Source: an uncultured Elusimicrobia bacterium
GTDB lineage: Bacteria > Elusimicrobiota > Elusimicrobia > UBA1565 > UBA9628
Assembly (NCBI GenBank): GCA_903881545.1
Contig: CAIRTQ010000007.1
Coordinates: forward strand, 8,417-72,416
DNA length: 64,000 nucleotides
Reading direction: 5' to 3'
Made by a program: the position numbers and the translations under genes. Of this stretch, positions 55,096 through 62,416 are shown piece by piece (the stretch's first letter is position 1; the number at the start of each line of letters is the position of its first letter). Under the pieces are notes generated by a model. It did not search any database and was not told where the DNA came from. It worked only from the letters and a program-made list of their open reading frames with translations.

Positions 55096-58017
55096 ATGAG
55101 CACCCCTTTCCACTCGAAGTATTACGCACATGAACTCACCAAGCGTTGTTCGTCTGACAACCTGGAAAAGCTTTCGCAGTCGCTTAACAACGCGACCATT
55201 GACCTGAACCCCCATCAGGTCGACGCCGCCCTCTTTGCCTTCCAATCCCCTCTTTCCCGGGGAGCCTTGCTGGCGGACGAAGTTGGACTCGGTAAAACCA
55301 TCGAGGCAGGCCTTGTCATCAGCCAGCTTTGGGCGGAGCGCAAACGCCGAATTCTCTGCATCCTGCCCGCTGCGCTCCGCCAGCAGTGGGAGCGCGAGCT
55401 GGCGGAAAAGTTTTTCATCGACTCCTTAATCCTGGAGTCGGCCAACCATAAGGTTCTCCTGGCCCAGGGGCAGGCGAGTCCCTTTGAACAGAAGGACAAA
55501 GTCGTGCTCTGTTCCTTCCAGTTTGCCCGGCGCGAGGCCGCGGCCATCCAAAGGACGGCCTGGGACCTTGTGGTTGTCGACGAGGCCCATCGCTTGCGCA
55601 ATGTTTATAGAACCGGGAACAAGATCGCGCGCGCCATTCGTGACTCCATTGCCGGCAGGCCGAAGATACTCCTCACCGCCACGCCGCTTCAAAACTCGCT
55701 CATGGAGCTCTATGGGCTGCTCAGCTTCGTAGACCCCCATCTTTTTGGGAGTGACGACTCGTTTCGGGAGCAGTTCGCCAAGAAAGCCGGGGATGAATCC
55801 GCCGATGAGTATTCTGTATTGCGGCGTAGGATCGCGCCGGTGTGCCAGCGGACTTTGAGGCGGCAGGTCTCGGAATATATCCGCTTCACCAACCGTATTT
55901 CCCTGACTCAGGACTTCACTCCCAGCGCTGAGGAGTGGCAGCTTTATGAGCACGTCTCCGCTTATCTCCAAAGGCCGCAATCCTACGCGCTGCCGGTCGG
56001 GCAGCGGGCCCTGATCACCTTGGTCCTGCGCAAGATATTAGCCTCGTCCTCGTTTGCCATCTCAGCCACTCTTGGCACTCTGATTGAGCGATTGGAGGCC
56101 AGGGAAAACCAACTGAAGCCTCATCAGGCTGATCCAACTTCTTCGTTGGCAACGGATTACGAGTCCCTCCCGGAGACCCAAGAAGAGTGGGAGGCGGAAT
56201 CCGACAATAATGCCGCCGCGACGCCGGCCGAGGCCCCGGCTAATCCCAACGCGGCCGACCTGGCCGCCCTCCAGAAGGAATTGGAGGACCTCAAAAACTA
56301 TAAGAAGCTGGCCGAATCCATTAAGCTCAACGAAAAGGGCAACGCCCTGACCATCGCCTTGAAGACAGGACTGGAGCGAGCATCCCAGCTCGGCGCAAAG
56401 CGAAAAGCCCTCATCTTCACGGAGTCCCGCCGCACCCAGGCTTATCTTAAGGAGATGCTCCAGGCCAACGGCTATGCGGGTGAAGTCGTCACTTTCAATG
56501 GCACCAACCAGGACCCCGACTCACAGCGGGTCTATAAATCCTGGTTATCCCGCCATGCGGGCCAGGATTGCGTCACGGGGTCGCCTAGCGCGGATATCCG
56601 TTCGGCTCTGGTAGAGGAATTCCGCGACCGCGCCCCCATTATGATCGCAACGGAATCCGCCGCGGAAGGCATCAATCTCCAGTTCTGCAGCCTGGTCGTC
56701 AACTATGACCTTCCATGGAACCCCCAGCGAATCGAGCAGCGCATCGGACGCTGTCATCGCTACGGCCAGGAGCACGATGTCGTCGTCATCAACTTCATCA
56801 ATAGGAAGAACGCCGCCGACCGCCGGGTCTTCGAACTCCTGGCTCAGAAATTCAAGCTTTTTGAGGGGATTTTTGGTGCGTCTGATCAAGTGCTCGGCGC
56901 GCTGGAGTCCGGGGTGGACTTCGAGAAACGGGTCAACGACATATACCAGTCCTGCCGAACAACGGAAGAAATCGACGCGGCCTTCGACAGGCTCCAGGTT
57001 GAGCTGGACCTCCAAATTCAATCAAGGCTCGAAACAGCCAAAACCCAACTGATGGAGCACTTCGACGCCGAAGTCCAGGACCGGCTGCGGCTCCAGAAGG
57101 ATAAAACGAGCCAGCAAAGAAACCGCTTCCACTCTTTGCTCTGGCGGCTGGCCAAGGGGGAACTGCGGGACTGCGCGGATTTTTCCTCCGATGAGGTTCT
57201 TGAGTTCGACTTAAAAAAACTGCCGGACTCCATCCAGGCGGACGCAATTCCCAACGGACGATATGCGCTGCTTTCCTCGGTCGCGACGCAAGGCATCCAC
57301 CACTTTCGCATCGGCCATCCACTCGCGGAGAGGATGATCGCCGGAGCCCGCGCCCGCGAACTTAAACCGCATGCTCTCACTTTCAACTACAATCCCCGAC
57401 ACGGGAAAATCAGTCTGGTCGAAGCGCTCCAGGGCTTCTCGGGCTGGATTCAACTGCGGCTGGTCTCGCTCAATTCCCTGGAGCCTGAAGACCATCTGGT
57501 CTTCTCGGGACTACGCGACGACGGGAGGCCGCTCACCGCGGATGCTTGCGCGAAACTTTTTGAGGTTCCCGCCGAGTCATCGGGTCCGGTTGAGCTTCCC
57601 ACTGCCGTGGCCGACAAGCTCGCAGAAGCCGCCAAGGAGGGCGTTCAGGAGACCCTTAACGCCGCCGAGGAGCGGAATAAGAATTTTTTTGACGCGGAGA
57701 TGGAGAAGCTGGAAAATTGGGCGTACGACCTTAAGGATGGACTTGAAGCCGAGCTTCGCGAACTCCAGAGGACGATCACTATCGCGAAGCGCGAAGCCAG
57801 GCAAGCGGCCGACTTGAATACCAAGCTTGAGCTGCACAAGAAGGTCATTGAACTGGAACGCAAGCGGAACGAAAAAAGGCGCAGCCTCTTTGAGGAGCAG
57901 GATCGGATTGAAAAGCAAAAAGACGATATTCTCTCGACGGTGGAGGCGAAACTTAAGTTGGATGTGACTCAAGAGGTGCTATTCACGATTCGCTGGCGGG
58001 TAGCGGCAGCATCCTGA
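55096..58017 (+). CDS. SNF2-family helicase/translocase with a C-terminal extension of about 400 aa
   Basis: 973 aa. Motifs: I LADEVGLGKTIEAG, II VVVDEAHRLRN, III LLTATPLQNS, V-VI IATESAAEGINLQ...QRIGRCHRYGQ. A charged coiled coil lies at about 57661-57950. Confidence 0.9.
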   Translation: MSTPFHSKYYAHELTKRCSSDNLEKLSQSLNNATIDLNPHQVDAALFAFQSPLSRGALLADEVGLGKTIEAGLVISQLWAERKRRILCILPAALRQQWERELAEKFFIDSLILESANHKVLLAQGQASPFEQKDKVVLCSFQFARREAAAIQRTAWDLVVVDEAHRLRNVYRTGNKIARAIRDSIAGRPKILLTATPLQNSLMELYGLLSFVDPHLFGSDDSFREQFAKKAGDESADEYSVLRRRIAPVCQRTLRRQVSEYIRFTNRISLTQDFTPSAEEWQLYEHVSAYLQRPQSYALPVGQRALITLVLRKILASSSFAISATLGTLIERLEARENQLKPHQADPTSSLATDYESLPETQEEWEAESDNNAAATPAEAPANPNAADLAALQKELEDLKNYKKLAESIKLNEKGNALTIALKTGLERASQLGAKRKALIFTESRRTQAYLKEMLQANGYAGEVVTFNGTNQDPDSQRVYKSWLSRHAGQDCVTGSPSADIRSALVEEFRDRAPIMIATESAAEGINLQFCSLVVNYDLPWNPQRIEQRIGRCHRYGQEHDVVVINFINRKNAADRRVFELLAQKFKLFEGIFGASDQVLGALESGVDFEKRVNDIYQSCRTTEEIDAAFDRLQVELDLQIQSRLETAKTQLMEHFDAEVQDRLRLQKDKTSQQRNRFHSLLWRLAKGELRDCADFSSDEVLEFDLKKLPDSIQADAIPNGRYALLSSVATQGIHHFRIGHPLAERMIAGARARELKPHALTFNYNPRHGKISLVEALQGFSGWIQLRLVSLNSLEPEDHLVFSGLRDDGRPLTADACAKLFEVPAESSGPVELPTAVADKLAEAAKEGVQETLNAAEERNKNFFDAEMEKLENWAYDLKDGLEAELRELQRTITIAKREARQAADLNTKLELHKKVIELERKRNEKRRSLFEEQDRIEKQKDDILSTVEAKLKLDVTQEVLFTIRWRVAAAS

Positions 58018-58022
58018 TTCCC

Positions 58023-58220
58023 ATGGAACAGAACCCCGGCAGCCTGTTGGCCCAAAAGGTCGTCGCAGACCTGCGCAAGGAGCGCCTTCTCAGCGCCAAG
58101 CAGCTTGATGAGCTGACGGACAAACTGGTATCGGGCAGCCTCAAGGCCGAGGACTGGCATCTGATCGTCGAAATCGCTGTTGAAGCAGAGCAGGCCAAGA
58201 AAAATGCCGAAGCGAATTGA
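58023..58220 (+). CDS. 65-aa acidic helical protein, unknown function
   Basis: Starts 5 nt after the helicase stop, and its last 17 nt overlap the next gene start. I recognise no homology. Confidence 0.45.
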   Translation: MEQNPGSLLAQKVVADLRKERLLSAKQLDELTDKLVSGSLKAEDWHLIVEIAVEAEQAKKNAEAN

Positions 58221-60543
58221 AAGGCTCTCATTAACCGGTTTTCGCGGTGCCTCGACCGCGGTGGACATCCCTTTCGATGCTTCCAAGCCCATAGCCCTGG
58301 TGTTTGGGGAAAATGGCACAGGCAAATCGTCCATCATCGATGCGATCGACTTTGTTTGCAACAAGCAATACGGGTCGGTCGAGGATCGGAGCGGAACGAC
58401 TCCGAAGGAACACATCGTTGCCCTGAAATTTGCGTCAAAGGACCTCCGCGTCGCTCTCCAGGCAGATGGTCAGACCTGGGTGGGCAAGCTGGATAAGGGC
58501 TCTCCATCGGTTTCGGGGACGGGCAACCCACCGCGCGCGATAATCCTCCGCAGAAGCCATATTCTAAAGGTCATTGATGACCAGCCGGCGAATCGATACA
58601 AGGTTGTGCAACCCTTCATCGCCCTCCCCTGCATAGATTCTTCCGAAAAGTCCCTGAGAGACTGCATCCTATTATTAGAGAAGGACCTGGACAGGGCCGC
58701 TCACGCGAAGGTCCAGGCCGAGAAATCTTTGTCGGACTCCTGGGCAGCAGAGGGCAGCCATGGGACCGGCTTCCTCGTCTGGGCCAAGGAGCGATCCCAG
58801 GGAGACGCGGTCGCCATGAAGGCCAGCGCTGCTCATGCCAAGGAGTTTCAGACTTATCATGAGAAAGCCCAGAGCACTGTTGACGCGATGGGCAACTCGA
58901 TCAAGGCTAGAATTGACGCGGATGGCAAGCTCCAAAAGGCTGAGCAAGCCGTCAAAGACCTGGATCAGGCCGCGCAGGAATCGGATCTCATTGATCTCCT
59001 GACCCAGGCCCAGAAATATCTCCCAAAGTACTCTCACCCGGATGAATGCCCTCTTTGCGAGAGGCCCGGCATCACGGTCGCGGCCCTGCTTGCGCGGATC
59101 ACTGCCCGCCTCAGCGCCATGAACCGGACGATCTTGCTCAAAAAAGAACTTGATTCCATTCGGAAGATGCAGCACAGCGCCGTTGTGATTGCAGAGACAG
59201 ACCGTGCCGGCGTGATTCAGTCAGTCCGATCCCTCGCGGGAGCCTTGAGCAAGTCGAATCTGGCCGAGGTGATGACTCTGCGGCTGGATTGGTCTCAGTA
59301 CCCCAACATGCGAACAGAGGCAGCTCCTCCCGTCAACGATGAAATCGTGCGGGAAGCGCAGAAACTCCAGCTCGCCGCCAAGGCATCTCTGGCCTCAATA
59401 AGGATTAAACACGACACCGAAGTGCGGGCCCTGAATCAATTGGGAATGATTCAGCGGGCGGTTAAAGAGGTCGAGGAGAATACCAAGAAGGCGCTTGATC
59501 TGGAGAAGAACTGCAAGCGTGCTCAGGCGATCCTAACGATCATCGAGAAACACCGCAAGGAATACGTGGACGGCATTCTGACCGGCATTTCCACGGAAGT
59601 GGGGAATTTGTGCGAGAAGATACATCCAGGCGAGGGCATAAAAGTCCGGTTCTTCCTGGACTCCAAAAAACGCGGCTCGCTTGAGTCTCTTGGGGAGTTC
59701 GGGGGCGAGAAGGATATCCTCCCGCAAGCCTATTACAGCGAATCTCATCTAGACACGCTGGGGGTCTGCGTCTTTTTGGCGCTGGCGAAGCAATTCCGGG
59801 ACGAAAACACCGTTGTCGTCCTCGATGATGTTGTCACCTCGGTTGATGCGCCGCACATGGAGCGCTTCATGGCGATGCTCATGGATGAGGCGGCTCATTT
59901 CAGCCAGCTCATCGTGGCCACGCATTACCGTCCTTGGCTGGAACGGTTCCGTCATGCGCGAGGACCAAGCGCCAATGTTCAATTGATCCACTTGGCTCCG
60001 TGGACCCTCGCGCGCGGAATTCGCCCAGGGGGGGCCAAGCTTGCTGTTCAAGAGTTGAGGGAGGCTGCGGCGGCGGTTCCGTTTGACAGGCAGGTGGTGG
60101 CGTCTAAGGCTGGGGTATTTTTGGAAAGCCTTTTGGATCAGTTGGCGCTTCTCTATGGGTGTAAGGTGGCGCGAAAGGCTGATCCGAGTTATACCTTGGG
60201 CGAATTGCTGGACTGCTTCGGAAAGAAGCTTCGACCTGCTTTGAAATGCATCACCAACGTCGCTGGGGGGCCTCCCAAGGAAGCGCCGATTGGGCCGATG
60301 CTGGACGGCGTCACTGCCTTTACGTGGATTCGTAATCAGCTCGGGGCCCACTGGAACCCTTCCGGGTTTGATATTCCGGATGCTGACGTGCTGAAGTTTG
60401 CGCAGAAGACCATCGAGCTGGCCGAGGCATTGATCTGCGCCAAGTGCGGAGCGTTGCCGATCAAGAACAAGACGGGGACGCATTGGCAGTGCCGGTGTGC
60501 TGGCGAGGGCCTAAGGCTCTATCCTCTGGAGAACCCGGACTAA
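58204..60543 (+). CDS. Rad50/SMC-like ABC ATPase (PrrC/RloC-like architecture) with CxxC hook, HEPN-like Rx5H tail and C-terminal zinc ribbon
   Basis: 779 aa from ATG 58204. Walker A GENGTGKSS (58306-58332). Coiled-coil insert of about 330 aa with ECPLCE (C282/C285, 59047-59058). Signature-like YYSESHLDTLG. Walker B VVVLDDV. H-loop IVATHY. WIRNQLGAHW (R710-H716, 60331-60351). CAKC...CRC (60436-60498). Confidence 0.85.
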   Translation: MPKRIERLSLTGFRGASTAVDIPFDASKPIALVFGENGTGKSSIIDAIDFVCNKQYGSVEDRSGTTPKEHIVALKFASKDLRVALQADGQTWVGKLDKGSPSVSGTGNPPRAIILRRSHILKVIDDQPANRYKVVQPFIALPCIDSSEKSLRDCILLLEKDLDRAAHAKVQAEKSLSDSWAAEGSHGTGFLVWAKERSQGDAVAMKASAAHAKEFQTYHEKAQSTVDAMGNSIKARIDADGKLQKAEQAVKDLDQAAQESDLIDLLTQAQKYLPKYSHPDECPLCERPGITVAALLARITARLSAMNRTILLKKELDSIRKMQHSAVVIAETDRAGVIQSVRSLAGALSKSNLAEVMTLRLDWSQYPNMRTEAAPPVNDEIVREAQKLQLAAKASLASIRIKHDTEVRALNQLGMIQRAVKEVEENTKKALDLEKNCKRAQAILTIIEKHRKEYVDGILTGISTEVGNLCEKIHPGEGIKVRFFLDSKKRGSLESLGEFGGEKDILPQAYYSESHLDTLGVCVFLALAKQFRDENTVVVLDDVVTSVDAPHMERFMAMLMDEAAHFSQLIVATHYRPWLERFRHARGPSANVQLIHLAPWTLARGIRPGGAKLAVQELREAAAAVPFDRQVVASKAGVFLESLLDQLALLYGCKVARKADPSYTLGELLDCFGKKLRPALKCITNVAGGPPKEAPIGPMLDGVTAFTWIRNQLGAHWNPSGFDIPDADVLKFAQKTIELAEALICAKCGALPIKNKTGTHWQCRCAGEGLRLYPLENPD

Positions 60544-60548
60544 CCGAT

Positions 60549-62414
60549 ATGCGCCTAATCCGAGCGAAGATAAAGAACTTCCGCTGCTATCAGGACGAAG
60601 TGGTCATAGAGTTCGAGGACCTGACTGTGTTTGTCGGCCGGAATGACTCCGGGAAATCGGCAATCCTGGACGCTCTGGACATCTTCTTTAATGAGAAGGT
60701 ACCCGAAGCCGACGATCGATGTGTCCATGGGGCGGACCGAGATATTCGCATCACCTGCGAATTCGACCAACTTCCTCGGGAACTGGTCATCGATGTTCAG
60801 CATCCGACCAGTCTCGAACAAGAATATCTCCTCAATGGAAGCCGAAACCTTGAGATTTTGCGCATATACTCCTGCCCTGCTGCTGGAAAGCCAAAACTTC
60901 AAGGAATCTACTCGCGGGCACAACATCCCACTGCGGAGGCCTATAGCGATCTCCTCTCTTTGACGAACGCAAAACTTAAGCAACGGGCGCGGGAACTGGG
61001 CGTTGACCTCAGCGGGGCTGATCAGACGGTAAACACTGATTTACGACGAGCTATATGGGCGCACGCGGCCGGAGGCCTGAACCTGCAAGGGACAGACTTG
61101 GAGCTGAAGGCGGAAGCAACCGGCAAGGTATGGGAACAACTGAAGAAGTGCCTGCCCGTCTTTGCCCTCTTCAAGGCAGATCGTTCAAGCACAGACCAAG
61201 ACGACGAAGCACAGGACCCGATGAAGGCGGCAATCAAGGAAGCTATCCGGTCTCAAGAAGTAACCCTCGAACAAATCGCCGCTACAGTGAAGAGACAGGT
61301 TCAGGAAATCGCGAACCGCACGGTCGCCAAAATTCGCGAGATGAGCCCGGAGTTAGCCAGTCAGTTGACGCCTCGTGTGTCAAACAAGAGTTGGGATAGC
61401 CTATTTTCTGTTAGCCTCACTGGAGATGCAGAAATTCCGATTAACAAGCGTGGTAGCGGGACGCGGCGGCTTATCCTCCTCAACTTTTTCCGGGCAAAAG
61501 CGGAGCAGGATGCGGAAACAAAGGGTGCCAACGTAATCTATGCCATCGAAGAGCCTGAGACGAGTCAGCACCCTCACAACCAGAGGATGTTAATCGATGC
61601 CTTCGAGGACATCGCAGAGCGGCCGGGATGCCAGGTATTGCTCACCACCCATACGCCAGTCTTGGCACGCCGATTCTCGCAGAGTTCCCTGCGGCATGTC
61701 GCTAAGGCAAATGGTCAGCCTGCGGTCCTGAACGGACGCGATGAGGCGACATTGCGAACAATCGTCGACTCGCTCGGCGTCTTGCCCGACCACAACATCA
61801 AGGTCTTTTTTGGGGTTGAGGGGCGGCACGACATCACCTTCCTCAAGATACTTTCGAAACTGTTGCGGGACGGGGGAGAAGATATTCCCGACCTAGGTCT
61901 AGCTGAAGATTCCGGCCATCTCCTATTCGTACCGCTTGGCGGTAGTTGCCTAGATCTCTGGGTCGCCCGTTTAAGAGAGTTCCATCGTCCTGAGTTCTAC
62001 GTCCTTGATCGGGACAATCCCCCGCCAGCTCAGCCAAAATACCAAGCAATCGCAGCCCAGCTTCAAGCTCGCCCGAACTGCACTGTCTGGACCACAGGGA
62101 AGCGAGAGTTGGAAAACTACATTCACCCGGACGCAATTAGACCGGGCGTGCCAGGCTATGCGGGCACCGGTGCGGACTTTGAAGATGTCCCGGCACTCGT
62201 GGCTCGGGCACTACATGAAGCTGACGGTAGAGGTGCCGCCTGGGCCGAGGTGGAGGCCGACACGGAGAAGCTCGGGAAGAAGGTTTCCCGAGCGAAGCAA
62301 CGTCTGAACTCGGAATTCGCAGGAAGAATGACGCCCGACCTGCTTCGGCAGGCGGATAGAACTGATGAGGTCCGAGGATGGCTCCGCGCGGTTGGGGCAG
62401 CCTTGCGAGCATAG
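60549..62414 (+). CDS. OLD-family nuclease (ABC ATPase + TOPRIM), GajA-like
   Basis: 621 aa. MRLIRAKIKNFRCY..., Walker A GRNDSGKS, signature KRGSGTRRL, Walker B IYAIEEPETSQHP, H-loop LLTTHTP. TOPRIM GVEGRHD (E424), VLDRD (D487/D489) and KRELENY. Confidence 0.88.
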   Translation: MRLIRAKIKNFRCYQDEVVIEFEDLTVFVGRNDSGKSAILDALDIFFNEKVPEADDRCVHGADRDIRITCEFDQLPRELVIDVQHPTSLEQEYLLNGSRNLEILRIYSCPAAGKPKLQGIYSRAQHPTAEAYSDLLSLTNAKLKQRARELGVDLSGADQTVNTDLRRAIWAHAAGGLNLQGTDLELKAEATGKVWEQLKKCLPVFALFKADRSSTDQDDEAQDPMKAAIKEAIRSQEVTLEQIAATVKRQVQEIANRTVAKIREMSPELASQLTPRVSNKSWDSLFSVSLTGDAEIPINKRGSGTRRLILLNFFRAKAEQDAETKGANVIYAIEEPETSQHPHNQRMLIDAFEDIAERPGCQVLLTTHTPVLARRFSQSSLRHVAKANGQPAVLNGRDEATLRTIVDSLGVLPDHNIKVFFGVEGRHDITFLKILSKLLRDGGEDIPDLGLAEDSGHLLFVPLGGSCLDLWVARLREFHRPEFYVLDRDNPPPAQPKYQAIAAQLQARPNCTVWTTGKRELENYIHPDAIRPGVPGYAGTGADFEDVPALVARALHEADGRGAAWAEVEADTEKLGKKVSRAKQRLNSEFAGRMTPDLLRQADRTDEVRGWLRAVGAALRA

Positions 62415-62416
62415 CC

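Noticed and set aside
57969-60483. Antisense ORFs inside the island (57969-58415, 58675-59175, 59749-60483, 60555-60983, 62137-62698).
   Set aside because: They overlap the well-supported plus-strand genes completely and have no motifs or expression signals, so they are probably shadow frames.
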